Below, piece by piece: positions 1 to 27,000 of a stretch of DNA of 64,000 bases. The DNA comes from Balanoglossus misakiensis (taxonomy: Eukaryota > Animalia > Hemichordata): assembly GCA_040954595.2 (NCBI GenBank), contig CM082584.2, positions 10,630,552 to 10,694,551 of the forward strand, in the 5' to 3' direction. Within the stretch, counting starts at the first letter, position 1. Each line of letters starts with the position of its first letter. The translations under genes were made by a program, and so were the position numbers. Below the pieces are notes generated by a model. That model was not told the origin of the DNA. It searched no databases and was given only the letters and a program-made list of their open reading frames with translations.

Positions 1-3000
1 CCAGATGGAAGTGTCGGAAAAAACCAACCACAGCAAATGAAGGGGAAAAACACCAGTAACATGAACTTTGACCTATGAACTTTCAACTCAACTTCCACAG
101 GTTACAAGCCCACTACAGGACTGCTCTCTCACATTCTGTAAATATTCTTTATACAGGATTTCAAAAAAAAGGAATCACTGAATATACATTTGATTGGATA
201 CGGTGTTTAGGAAAGAATGTTTTCAACTGGTTTAAAGAATACATATGCGGACAAATCTTATCAACAATTTGAAAGTATTTGAAGTGACAAATCAGAGTAT
301 ATTTTTTGTAAGAAAGTGGTTTCTGCTCGAACTCAATGCACTGCACTGGTCTAGAACCACCAACACGCTCAACAGATGTGCTTACTGACAGATACTGACT
401 GCCTGAAAGACTTTACAACACATCGAGTTATTCACAAAGAAATTGATGCCGTCAGTGTTGATGAAGTACTTGGATTAAAACTGACAGTTGCTTAAATGAT
501 TGTACACAGAAACAAACCCTATTCTCCACTGCTATTACCCTGAATTCACATCTCAGTTGTAAACTGGGATTTTAGAACAGTGCACATGTTATGGCATAAC
601 AATCTGGACAGACACACACAGAGAACATGGCCGCCCTAGGGTTATTCAACACAGCAAGTCAATTTGTCTCTAGGAAATATCAGTGAACATGAATCTTGTT
701 CGAAAGAAAATTTCAACTCTTCGTCAAGTGTCTGATGATTTTCTACATTGTTTCATACCTCGGGATCAAGCACTTAAATACGACAGCCACGGCAATGGGA
801 AATATTAAGTATTTTCAATGGAGTTTTCCCCCATGTCGAAGTAACTCTCATTGCCATGGGATACAAATACATTTGAGACATCCTTGACAAGTCGTAGTGT
901 GAAGAGAAAATGGCAGACACTTGGCCAAGAGTTGATTCTGTTGTAAATAACAATTCAAAGAATGACAGCAACATTGGAATTCCGGGTCAAACACTAACCA
1001 AACTTACTGGGATCAAATTCGGCAACATAATAAAGTTCATTCCTATCTTTCTTTTTTCAAATCCACAGCTATCTAGCTAGGACTCCACTTTGTACAAGAT
1101 ATGAACACGTGAATTTACTGACAGTAGAAACCATGACATGGTGGCATGGTGTTAGAGCGACTGACACGATAAACTAACCTACCAAGGTGGCACCTTGCTC
1201 ACTACTGTTTACAACCCATCTTCCGCAACAAACTGATAGCGACGGGGTTGTAAAGAGAACAAATTTCTACAATTATGAGGGTTTTTTAACACTAACACAT
1301 AAAATTGGCAAGAATTTAGTCATCCAACGAAACTATGTATAAAACATTTCGTTTTCACTCTTAGTTGAACCAACTATTTAAACAATTATAAATTACAGAA
1401 ATATATGCTTAAAAGTAATTTGTACAGTGTTCATTTTCTCCTAGATATGCTTCTCTTGCAGGTAACAAAACCTCCCCCATGTGTACTCATTAAATTGGAT
1501 GTGGTCATAATACAAAATACTGTGTCTTACAAATACCACACTTTTTGTTTTGTGATCATATTTTAACTAACAATGATGACAACTTCACACAAAAACATAC
1601 ATTATCTGTGACTGGATTTTGCAAGTGTTGAATGCAAGTAAAACTCACCCCTTTCTAGTTCTAGGCGTCTTAATTGCAATCAACACAGTTCCCAAGTACA
1701 ATACACAAATTACAGAAGAAGAAAAAAACAGTTATGTCTATGGAAGGCACACTGCATTATTGGTTACACTTTGAAACAAAGGTGAAATTACAAGTTATTC
1801 TAAGTATTTGAATCAAGTGTATCGTTCTTTCGTTTGAGGACAATCTCCTCGGAGGGACTCGGATCGGCAGAGACAAAGCTTGCACAGTCCTAATCAAAGT
1901 GTAAATGCTCTCTGTATTCTAGTCTACGACCGTGTTTTTGCATAGCTTGTTTTTCAGAACCCCCCAAAAGGACACCCTCGCCACCCTCCACGTTTTCGCA
2001 GAATGGAATGACCCTGTTTTTAAGGTAGGTGGGTAGAAACAGGTAGATCCTGAATTGCAATTGAAGTAGGAGTGATCCTATAAGTCAAGAAACAGACTGC
2101 ATTTTTCATGAATTTTTTATTTTTTATTTTTTTTTTATTTTTTGATATCCTCCCCCTTTTTAGGTAAATGGGTTCAGGGACTCAATCAGTAGCAACAGGG
2201 TTATTCCAATACTGTATCACAAAGAGGGTGGGAAGGGTATGAAACTCTGCACCTGGCAGAGATGATTCAATTCTTAAACGTATTACGAACAACTAAGTGA
2301 CAATGCACTTCACCTCTGCCTACCACCCATTGGTCGACTCTTTAAACAATAAGCAAATCTTAATTAATATACGTATACCAACACTAACATAACATAGACA
2401 ATAAAACGTGTCTGTGAACAAAATAAACACAGGTGCACATTGATTGCCCTTCATCAGGAGCAAAGGTCTCCAATCAGTGCACTGATAACTACATATGCAC
2501 AAGTAAAATACTCTAAACAAAATACACATGACTAGAAACAAAAAAATCTGATAACGCCACAGTATGTGCCCCTCCCATTTTCAAAACATAATATTTACAC
2601 AGACTGCTTCTACAATAACAAACATAACTTTCGCTTTTTGTATTCACAATTTTTTTTTTTTACATTATTCATTGTTTCAACTCAGTTCGTATGGTAATAA
2701 TACTGTATGGGACCTTTCCCCCTTTTAACACTTAAAAAAAAACACTGGGGGGAGATTTAAATGACGAAAACATAGTGAGGAAGTTTCCTACTCGATTATT
2801 CATCATTCAGGTGGTTGGTTTGTCCACCTACATCGTAGTGAGTATTGGTGCAGACTTTGATCTGATAGACTTGTAACTTTAGCTTATGGCAGTGGATGGA
2901 AATCAGACATCGTCAAATTAAGTCTTTGAGCTACAACCTGTGGCCATCCACTACACTATCCACATGCATACAGATAGCCAAATAAAGGCTGTACCCGCTA

Positions 3001-6000
3001 ACAATTGCAGACATGGGACACTACGGTATTTAACTACGCGATAATGGCTTTGTCAGTCTGGCCATCAAACTGACAAACAAACCTGTAAATTTTGTCAACA
3101 AATCTGGCAGTTTACTAGAAAATATACATGGGAGCTAGGGTCCACACCCCATTCACAAAATAACAATGATATCACTCCTGTATTTCAAATCACATAAAAA
3201 AATATAACATTCACAATGAGGGCCAAAAGGTATCTGGGAAGCTAACAGTGTCTGACAACCATCCACTTCAAAATAGTATCAAAATGACGTACATGTCTCA
3301 AGGTTTAATGGTTTTTACATAAATTCAGCAACATATCTTCTGAAATACAAAATACTTTTCTCAATATGTACACAGACAAAAAATTAAATACTATTGAGGA
3401 AAACTTAAACCCATGGCCACTACATCTGCTTTAATATAAAGCAAGATTCTGATCAGTTTTTCAAAGGCTGTGTATATAGGTCTGATATTCGGCCAAAAAT
3501 AAGGATGTCGGGAGAATTTTTTCTCATTCCACCAAAGAGAAGGGAACTTCAAACCATTATTTGTTTTACGGAGGCAGTCATTTCATGTGGTTCACCAAAA
3601 ACACTGCTGTGCTGGCTGGCGAGAAATTAGTGTAAATGCTATGCAAGAGAGCGGAGAAGTCCCTTCCATCAAACCAGCTTGCTGGTAGGGGAAAATAAAA
3701 CTTGGACTGGTTATTGTGCATTTGAACTGTGAAGCAAGCTTGTATTTCTCTGATGGACACCTGGAAGACAACTTGGTCAATTCTATAGTACTGGATATAA
3801 CGATTTCTAGAAGTTGTGGTTCTTTGAAAGATAAACTCTATGTTAAGTCTCTAGTCTGGTTTTGTGGACAGCCGTATGAACCAACTTTTGCATACAGAGA
3901 AAAAAAAATGTTTTCGATATAACTTGGGTTCTAAGTTTTCCTCTTGAGGCACTACATGTACTGTATATAAAACATGTCATTGCAGAAATCACCGTTTCAA
4001 ATTGGAAAGGTCCACCTTGGCAGGCAAGTTTGTCAACTAGTCCACTTCAAACAGGCTTGCCAGTAGCATTTCAAGAAAGTAGCCTGCTGATTGGATGGGC
4101 CCACGCACACGGCTGGACGCCGCACCAATCAGCAGTAGGGTTCTGTTGGCTGGTGTTTTCATTGGAATGCTACAGTTTATATCTTGCCTGTTCAAGAAAT
4201 GGCATTCCTAGCAGAACACAACAGGCAAAGTGAACCAACCTTCAATGATTTCTGCTATGACCTTCTTCTGTAAAACCCTTCCAACCCCCATGTCCCTCTC
4301 TAAATGGTTTCACCCACACCACTTATTACAAAAGGGACTAAACCAAACCGAAGAAAGGATTAAATCTGTAATTCTCCATGTTCTTTTTCAATTTCTGGTG
4401 CTAAAATTTTGGGACCAGGGTATTGCACAGAGTTTGACAACTCAAAAAATGTTCTGTCCACTATTCAAACACACACATGGAATATATTGGTCTATCATAA
4501 CCGTCTAATGCCTTAAATCTTGTTCTCTTTAAATAAACGTAACTCTCTCAAAACAGGTTAATCTCTCACACCAGACAAAACTTAACGACTGAAAATTACG
4601 AATGATAGAAAAAACATGCTGTACAAAATATGACACTGCCATGTTCCCTTGTGAATACCATCCAGATTTGAAGATTCTAGAAGTGATTTCATTTGAAGTA
4701 TTGCTGTTCACAGTTCATACTGGCTTATAACGTTTCCTGATCTGAAGCATGCAGACTATCTGGGAAGATTTCTCCATGCTCCATGAACGACATGGAAAAA
4801 ACTTTCCTTGCAAGACAGTCAGCATCATGCTGCATGATACCAATGGCTTAGCAGATAAGCTGTCAATTTTTGTGCAAAGATTCACCAATAGATATGCATT
4901 TTTTTTCTACAGTAAAGGGCTTTACAAACTACGCCAATTTACATTCTGATATAAATCATTGAAGATTAGACAGATCATCTGAGACAGAATCTAGAGTGAT
5001 AGACAATGGCAACACACTCTCGTAAAACACGAATACAAAAATAAATTTACTTGACAGTGCGAGATTGTTCTAAAAATCGTAAGGTTAAAGTTTCTAAGTA
5101 CAAACATTTATCCCCCTTTCATTAATATAAAGCAACTCCTGGGTTTCGAGTCACAAGGGCACAACATGGCAGTCTCTGAAGGAACAACGACTTTAAAGTC
5201 TTAAAAGAATCTCTTTGTTATATGAATCTGTAGCTATCTTTTCAATTATCTACATTACGATGGCAGATACCATGATGAAAGCTTTACAAAAAAAACACAA
5301 CTCAACTGTCAGTGGTATATATATTACATTATCCATGAAAGAATTACTGTACAGCACCGATACCACCTTCCTTAGTTTTGCAGCAACAAATATCTGCCCC
5401 CTGGAACGTTCAAAACAATATCCTCCTACAAAAGTTGAGATAAGTCTCGCAGGTCGACAGGTTCAAACTATGTGAGATGCCAGCTCTATACTAAAACTAT
5501 ATACATGACAGGAAATTGACATAACATCTTTCCCCAAATCTCTCTTGAAATGTACGCTGTCCAAAACGATATAGTTGGTGTTGCCTCAAATTTGACAGTT
5601 TCAAAATCTATGGTTTTCTCTGATATGCTAAGTATTAGCTCCAAAATAAAGTCTCTCTTCTCAGATAAAACGTTGCAATGCCCGTTGACTGACTTAAAAC
5701 ATAGCAGCCTTTTATCTTTGGTCACCGAATCCTAAATTATACTCTTTTTTTACTTTGCAATGCAACTAGTGTAAAATTGTCCATAAAAAATAAATTTGTG
5801 ACTGTCATTTTTGACATTACCGGGTATATTTGATAACCCGCAGAGCTGAGTGAAGAATGTTATATTCTCAGGTGTTCGAACCTATACCGCCATTGTCTGG
5901 AAATACAGTATTGCTAGATCACGAGATACCCAAGTTATATGATGTAAATTCTGGAGCTAATAGTTTTCTCAGCCGATATGAGACATTACAAGGATATGTA

Positions 6001-6441
6001 TTAATGGGCAATTAATGCAATGGAAATGAAGAAAAGTTGGAAAGGCATTTTGCTGTATTCCTTTAAAATGCAGGTGAACTTAAAAAAAAGATTTATACAC
6101 TTGGGTTGACATCTACATACAATACAGTATATAGACATCTAGAAAATATATAGAATCATAAAGCTACGTTAAAAACTATAAGACTGAAATAAAATCTTGG
6201 AATTAATTTTAAATAGTACTTTGAACATTCCATAAGACATCTGCTTCATAAAAAAAAAATAATTTCCCAAAATAAAGAACATAACAGAACAGAAAGAAAA
6301 GTGGAAATTTTCTAGTTGCACCCCACTCAGATTTTGAACCTGAGTATTCCTGACCTTGGTATTCCAGGGGGCTTCACACCGTACGAGTCTCTCAGATCCT
6401 GCGCTGGTTTTCCAGGGGGCTGCACACCGTGTACGAGTCTC
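1..6441 (-). other. Non-coding region downstream of the MNK stop, probably largely a long 3' UTR
   Basis: No credible exons. The strand skew is A-rich on + (U-rich transcript). AATAAA candidates on the minus strand at ~2116-2140. Confidence 0.4.
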
Positions 6442-18956
<12,515 letters not shown>

Positions 18957-19203
18957 ACTGTATACAAGATTTCAGGCACGTCATCAACAATCATCATGTG
19001 ATTTCAGGTCAAAGGTTAATATATCGATCATGTGATATCGACCTAGTTGCATAAGCCAGCTACGTCACTTCGACAAGGTTGTGTTGTCGCAGAATTGTTT
19101 CAGGGTTGATTTTCCCAAATATATTTGATCAGAAGAATCGGAAAAAAGATCGAGATATCCGGGAGCATCGATATATACTTGTAGTACAATAGTGTAATCT
19201 GAA
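18957..19203. promoter_or_regulatory. Putative bidirectional promoter between MNK (-) and GCDH (+)
   Basis: Head-to-head genes. Contains TCATGTGA twice (18994, 19028), ACGTCA CRE half-sites (18978, 19062) and DR1-like AGGTCAAAGGTTA (19006-19018). Confidence 0.55.
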
Positions 19204-22200
19204 ATGGCTCTAAATAGGGTAATTTTTCGTGTTGGCCGCCTGCGACCATTGCTTTGCCGACTTCAAAGTTCAGCGTCACGTATCCTTTACTTTTTTTCTG
19301 TATCTCGTGGCTGTGGCTCATTTGTTCGGTAGGTTATGTCTAAGTTAAACAAGAGGTGTGGATTGTGGTGTAAAGTTTGGAAACTCCAAATAACATTGGC
19401 ATTGCATAGGGGATCGCCATACTGTCCATGTTTGGCCAGGGAGCCAAGCCCCCACTAGCTGTCTTTTGATTGGCTGACGTGTAGATGTTTCATCAGCCGG
19501 CCAGATAGTCATTCCCATGACCACTCGAGATCCGGGGAAGCTTGCTTGAAGTGGGTTGGACCTGGGGGAAAACCCATGCTTATCTTGGGGTAGCTTATAC
19601 ACCTAAATGATATCCCACAATTCACTCTGTATCAGGCAGCGAACAATGACAAGGTGGTTTCCCATCTGAAAATAGACTGAACCTCATTATTTCAGAATGT
19701 GAATAAGATACTTTTCTCAATGTTGAATAAAGTAGGTTTGTTATTGTGCCCTGCTTTTTACCAACCAACCACTTAATCAGTGGGTATGCGGAGTCTGGAC
19801 ACAAGCTACTTAGTAACTTGTGTGCAAGGCTGGACATGGTCTTGTAGTGACAACTTCATCACCGTGGAATAGAGAACAGCTGCAGTTATGATAAAATATG
19901 TAAATAAACAAACGTCATTCCATTTCATATATGCCTGTGTTTACCCTTGGTATTTACACCACTATTTTGAATTACTGATAGCAAACCCACCAAAGAAAGT
20001 ACGGTTGTTGCAAAATATTGATAGTAATAGTCAAAGATAAGAAGGGTTGAATGACATTGATTCACATGAAATTGCCCATATGTAGTTTCCTTGACTTGAG
20101 TTTCCCCAGAAGCAGAAAGGACTCCGGTATTATCCGATGTCAAGATGCCCAAACCACCACCTTTCAATTGGGAAGATCCCCTGGATCTCACAGGACAGCT
20201 TACAGACGAGGAAATCATTGTCCGGGATCAGTTCCGCACCTACTGCCAGGAAAAGTTGATGCCCAGAATCTTGGAAGGAAACAGGGATGAAGGTAAGTGG
20301 TGGGGCATACTGAAGCTAGAAGACAGTTTTGGGAATCTACGGTACATACTATATTTCTTGATATTTCCGTGGAAACTTCATTTGCTCTGACGATTCACGT
20401 GTATTCGTGTATTTTTCATTCACAAGTATTCCACCGGGAGATCATGAATGAGATGGGAGAGATGGGTGTGTTGGGAGCGACAATCTCCGGGTACGGCTGC
20501 GCTGGAGTCTCATCAGTCGCCTACGGACTGATCGCCAGAGAGGTAGAGAGAGTGGACAGCAGTTACAGGTCAGCTATGAGTGTGCAGTCGTCGCTTGTCA
20601 TGCATCCGATACATGCGTACGGAACAGAAGAACAGAGGCAACGATTTCTCCCCAGATTAGGTATGACATCTCTGTTCTGTTTCACAGAAACAACATAAAA
20701 CAAACAGGATATGGACATTTTAATACCATCATTTTTGGGTATCAGTATCGTTGTTGATTGGACTTTTACTTTAGCGAAAACATCCTCTGAATTGAAATGT
20801 GTTTGTTTGTTTTTCAGCGAGAGGAGAACTTGTAGGCTGCTTTGGCTTGACAGAGCCCAACCATGGCAGTGATCCCGCTGGCATGGAAACCAGAGCCAAA
20901 TACAGCAGCAGCGGAAAAAGCTTCATCCTCAACGGAACAAAATCTTGGTAGGTGGCATCTATTAAAATCTATTTTTCCTCGAAGTCTTTTCCTCATGGGG
21001 GAATAAATTGACCATCTGACATTTACAACTCTCGATGTCTACGGTTACTACCGGTAACAAGATGGTGACCGTGTGAAAATGAAGTGGTCTGACATAAATG
21101 CTGCCCTTGTGTATATATTGCCAAGGGATGCCAATTTACACTTTGTGGAACGAAGGTCATAATAATCAGGAAAATTATGCTGTTTTGCTGTTTTTGCCTG
21201 TTCATCTAATGACTAGTGGCTCTCATTTTGTAGTTTTTTTAAACTCAATATCATTTTTGACGACTGTTATTTTAATTTAATCCTGAACTGTTAACTATGG
21301 TAGGCAGACAAAAGACAGTGCAGCACTATCCAAACCACTATTATGATCACCCATAGAGAGCACAGAAGCGAGCATGTGACATTGTGTCTTTGTGAAAAGT
21401 TGAAAAGTTCAATGTCAAACACACCTTAGGTCAGTGACCGATTTGACTGCCACGGTTGACCTTCAGAACACTGCATGCGGAGATTACAAAAGAAAATGTG
21501 CTGTGTGTGGTTAGCAGCTATTGATTTGGATCCGCACATTATTACCAAATTGGGTCATGGGTGAAAGTCAAGTCACAGTGTTCCATTATTTATTTTTTTC
21601 ATTTTTGAAAGGGCAGGAAAATCTCCAATATACCTTCATCCATCCATTCATTCATTCATTCATTCAAAATAACTGCACATGTACACCTACATATATATGA
21701 TGATAACCATGGATATTAATCTCGTGCAGGATCACAAATTCACCAATCGCTGATGTCTTCGTTGTGTGGGCAAGAAGCGAAGACCACGACAACAAGATCA
21801 GGGGCTTCATCCTAGAGAAGGGAATGGCCGGTCTCTCGGCGCCAAAAATCGAGGGGAAATTTTCGCTGAGAGCATCGACCACCGGTCAGATTGTCATGGA
21901 AGACGTCGAAGTTCCAGAGGAAAATCTTCTTCCGGATGCGAGCGGACTTGGGGTAAGAGCCTGGGTGTGTCTTGGTCTGAGATTGGGTCAAAGGTCAATT
22001 GGCCATCGCCATCACAATTCTTGTTACCTGTTGATCCTTGTCTGTATTTTTCCAGGGTCCGTTTGGGTGCCTGAATAATGCGCGGTTTGGAATTGCCTGG
22101 GGAGCGTTGGGAGCAGCTGAGTTTTGTCTGGCAACTGCCAGGCAGTATACACTAGACAGGTAAGGTGTTAAAAATAGCGCTGAGGACACTGTGGCTCCCG

Positions 22201-22909
22201 TTTTGACAATTGCCTTAACTAACCATAACCATGATTTTCAGGCAGCAATTTGGAAGACCACTGGCACAGACTCAGTTAATGCAGAAGAAGATGGCAGATA
22301 TGCTGACAGAAATCAATATTGGTTTGCAAGCGTGTCTCAGGGTAGGACGGCTCAAAGATGAAGGAAAGTAAGTGATCATGAATAATTGTTTTCTGAAAAA
22401 TAAAATGTTCTGAGGCAAATTGATGCATTGTATCTACGAAGCGAGAGACAAAGTTTGACATGCTGTATCATTCCTTCTGACAGGGCAGCCCCAGAGATGA
22501 TTTCTATGATCAAGCGTAATTCGTGCGGGAAAGCACTGGACATAGCCAGACTTGCCAGGGACATGTTGGGCGGAAATGGCGTCGTAGATGAATACCACAT
22601 CATTAGACATGTCATGAATCTGGAAGCTGTCAACACATATGAAGGTAGGAGACTGGATTGTCTGTAGTTAATATTTCCATGTTTCTGTGTATATGTTCTG
22701 AGTTGGGTGTTCAGGGCCTGTGGATGACAGGTTATATCGCTAGACTGAAAAGTTCGTCACTAGAGGACTTTCACCACAATTCATTTCAGTCCATGATTTC
22801 AGTTTGTCCTTCATTGAGTCTTTTGTGTTCTGGTCAAATTTCAGGTACACACGACATACATGCCCTGATTCTCGGCAAGGCAATCACTGGACTTCAAGCA
22901 TTTAAGTAA
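19204..22909 (+). CDS. GCDH: Glutaryl-CoA dehydrogenase, mitochondrial (~433 aa)
   Basis: Exons 19204-19279, 20110-20292, 20427-20660, 20818-20947, 21730-21952, 22056-22159, 22242-22367, 22484-22644, 22845-22909 total 1302 nt. Arg-rich presequence [23 protein letters not shown]; motifs [53 protein letters not shown] near 23177. Confidence 0.97.
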
Positions 22910-24021
22910 ATACCCTCCCTCCCCACCATGTATATGAATGAGCCTTCAAGACTGGACGCAAGGGACTTGATATATGAAATCTGGACAATTCTGGTAAACA
23001 GCTGCGTGCAGGAAAGGACAGGATGCCAGGGAGTAGATTGCTGCCCTCTACAGTCAAGTTGGAGATTAGATCTTTCTGACACTGATGTCAACAGGCCAGT
23101 TGACGTCAGCAGTCGGTGTGACCGTGCCAAAATCGTTTCATGATCAATGTAATTCCAGACATGGCAAATGTATGTCAATAAATGCAATCATGTTATGTAC
23201 GATTCAGGAAATCAAGGAGGAGATTGTTTCCCAGTTTTACCCATGATTGATTAAACGTGGTCCATAGTCAGTCCTCTTCCAAATTCATTTACAATTACAG
23301 CATTATACACATCCTTGCCAGTAGATGTATGTGTATTTTCCACATGCCCTGAATGTGGTTAAATGGTATGGGTCTGGTAACATGATGATGGGGGAAATAT
23401 CTAGAGAATTTTCACTTTGTAGGATTTTTGGTGAGGGGATTCTTGGAGAGAGGGCATTTATTTCTTTGGTTTGCATTTAGTTGTTTTTGTATATTTATCT
23501 TTAATAGACTTATCTGCAGAGTGTACATTATATGCACATAATAAATACCAAGTCAGTTCGTCAGATATATATTGCGTGATATTACTTGTGTGTGGCTGAA
23601 TGCATCCAGTCAAATAAGTGTGCAAGTGCGGACATAGTAGTTGCCTTGACTACTGCCCCAGGAAAATGGTCATCCTATTTTCCTACATCACATGATAAAT
23701 CAACTCGCGACAACTCTGACAAAAAGAGCCAATACCTAGTCAGTCTTGTATATCCATCAAGGGATATATCGCTAATTCCGACAAAGGATGTGGGTTCTAA
23801 TAAAAGCGAGTAGGGCGTGGCAGGTACCACACGACAGCCAGGGCCAGGTCACCCAACCGACGCACGTGAGGTGGCGACCTCACTATGAAAATGTCGTGAT
23901 GTCGCTGACCATAAACCTTGGACGCCATTCATCACCCAGTCTATTCAAGACTTCGAGATCAGTGTTTGTAGCCGAGTTGTGAACGCAGGACGCAGGCAGC
24001 AACTTTTACATCGGCATCACC

Positions 24022-27000
24022 ATGCAAGCCAGACAGAGGAGACAACAGGTGGGTCACTGTGTTCTACGTCATCGTCAGTTGCACGATGAGATCGTTGGGC
24101 AAAGGAAGTAATAGCCCAACAAGAATTTAAGATTTGTTTCTCTCTCATTGAGAAGTAACAAACATTGCTGCACGGTACAACGCAACGAAATGATTGCTTC
24201 AGCGGAGTAGTATGACGGCAACGATCTGTTTCATAACGGTCCCTCCTCCCTTGATTTTCATATCAATCTCTGGAATATCAGAAACTTGCATTCTCACCAG
24301 AAACGCATCATGTGAGAAAAGATTCAGCTCAAATTCTGCTGGGAGACAGTGATTAACAAATACCGAAGGGTGTCTGGTATTTGCCCTCGAATATAACACC
24401 GTGAACCCGGCATCTTTCTAAACAATTTCGTTCAGTGTGTTGACCAACCAAGGCTTCAATCATGTGGTTTTAATCCGTCAAACCCCCCTTCCTCAGGGGG
24501 ATTAAGAAGGGATTTGAACCGGCAATAGTTTGTGCAGACCGAATATGAACGACGTCCACGAGCAGAAAAAAACTCTCGCATAAAGGTCAGAAGGCTAGTG
24601 GTAGGGGACTGGAGCTATCGTGGCAAATAAAACACCCGTCATAATACATCTAGAAAAACACTTTTTCATAATGAGAGACCTACTTCCAAACCACAAACAC
24701 CCTTTCAGTACAACTCTTCAAGACATAACAGGGGTCAAAGTGCTATTTATCGTTGAGCGAAAGGTTCTACATGTACAAGACCCACCATCGCCGACTCTCA
24801 GAAATCAAATTATCGCTGACGATCATACATAGACTGTGTCGGTCAATGATTAAGACCTCTGTGCACACAGACGCACGTGTGTGCACAGCATTTCTAAATA
24901 AGAGTACAAAGTAAGTCACAAGTCGTGATATCAGAACAAATACACGCAGTGTTGGTAATCGTTTTGGTCATCTGTGTTGTCACCAATGCAGGCACCAATG
25001 GGCACTACCTTTGATCTTTTGAAGGCGAAACCCTGACTCCGAGGTTAGCGATTTTTTGTGGCGGATAAAAAATATTTTTCAAGAAAGTCGCGTTCGTAGA
25101 ATAATATTATGTGAAAGTTCTCCGCAGGAGTCAACATCTCCGCCGTCATCACGTGGTCGCCGGTCGTCGCCAAGACAACCCTCATCCGTCCCGTACTTTC
25201 TCCTCGGGCTGTTGGTCGGAGCCGTGGCAATAGTAATATTTTTCAAAGGTAAATAAAAAACATCGTTCAAAGAATTTCATTGAAACCGTGAAATGTGAGA
25301 TACGCATGGTATAATTTGAAACTGTAGAACTACATAAATGTTCTCATTTCTTTTGCACTTCTATTTCAGTAACAACCACAACTCCTCTGGCCCAGAAAGT
25401 ACGAGACAGTGTGGAAAACGAGGCACAGGTGAAAAAGACCAAGAAACCTCACATTGTGTACGTGTTAGCTGATGATTTAGGTGAGTTGGAAGTGATGCTA
25501 CTCTAATATCCTGAGACTGTTGTGATATGTGCTGTTAATTTTCTCTACTTTTCACATTCTCTATGCGTTACAGGATGGGGCGACGTCAGTTGGAACAACC
25601 CCGACATGATCACGCCCAATATGGCAAAGCTTGCCGAAGAGGGAGTGCTTCTCAACCAAAGTTATTCACAACCTCTGTGTACACCGTGAGTTCTGTATTA
25701 GCTGGTGTGCAGAATTTGCTGTTTCTAACACAGTGTTACAGACAATCAATGAAAAAAGAATGGTTTAAACTTGCATACAGCGTCACAGTGTTTAACGTTT
25801 CTGTTCCATCTAATTAGCTTTCAATTATTCAAATTTTACAACTGAAGTATAGTACATAGCTTGGTAGTTTGTATTTTCCGTAACCATGGCATTAGTCTCG
25901 CTCGGGTTCATAGAAACGGCCATTTTGTTTGTCAACTTTCAGGAGTAGAGCTGCGTTGATGAGTGGATATTATCCATTCCGAATCGGTATGCAGGTAAGC
26001 AAGAAATTGGCTGGTTGTGTTTACCTTCGACTGCTTGAGGGCGTAAAGTACAACAGCCAAACAAATAAAAGGACCACGTGGGATGTGAACAAAACTAACA
26101 CATTTCGGTTCTAGTTGGCGATCATGGAATTTTTTCATTTTTTTTCTCAATATTTTTATACTTGGACGACTAATAGGTATTTGTTCACTTTCAGCATCAA
26201 ATTCTTTGGTCAATTCAACCGTACGGTCTGCCTCTGAATGTAAAGTTGCTGCCGGAAAAATTGAGGGATTTGGGATACAGAACTCATATGCTTGGAAAGT
26301 AAGTAACTTGTTCTGCCTGCCTGTCGCCATTTTATATATCTGTCTATACATGCCTATCTTTTTATCGCATATTTCGCATCATCGAGAAAATAAACAGTTT
26401 CCTGCAGTTTTGGAAGTATAATGCTATGTCTTTTTGCGATCCACAGGTGGCATCTGGGCATGTGCAAATGGGAATATACACCGACCTACCGTGGGTTTGA
26501 TAGTTTCTATGGTTACTACAGTCTATTGGTGTCACATTTTGACAAGGAACACCGCACAATTCAAAACCAAGGTCAGTGTGAAATAAACGGTTGATTTTGA
26601 ACCCGAAAACATGCGAGACACTCAAACAAGATTCTCCAGGCGTTGTCACATTAGTAAGCAACGCGAACGTTACTGATATTTACAGAGACATTCGATTATA
26701 CAGTTCAGATTTTAGTAAGACTTGTTTGTCGTCTGTTGAACAGCGATTGGTGGGTATGACATGAGAGACAACACCGGAGTAGTGGAAAAAAGCAAGGAAT
26801 TTTTGACGGTAAGTTTTTCACGCAGTTGAATATTTTGTTTGCAAGTTCAAAATCTAAAGTACTACAAATGTAGTATTCAAAATGGACCATTAACATGGTA
26901 CAGCATAGAAGTGTGTCGTGGCATATTCTCTATCGAACCATACAGCAATATCGATGATTCAATCAGTAATAATTTGCCATTTTGGGACAAATATTTTACA

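Noticed and set aside
75-5735. Numerous 60-90 aa ORFs
   Set aside because: No recognisable motifs or consistent splice structure; AT-rich UTR-like sequence.
24500-24525. B-box-like GGTTCAAATCCC on the minus strand (tRNA or SINE)
   Set aside because: No cloverleaf or A-box could be built around it.
24986-25036. ATG at 24986/24998 as the sulfatase start
   Set aside because: It terminates at TGA 25034-25036 and cannot be spliced in frame to the TM exon.
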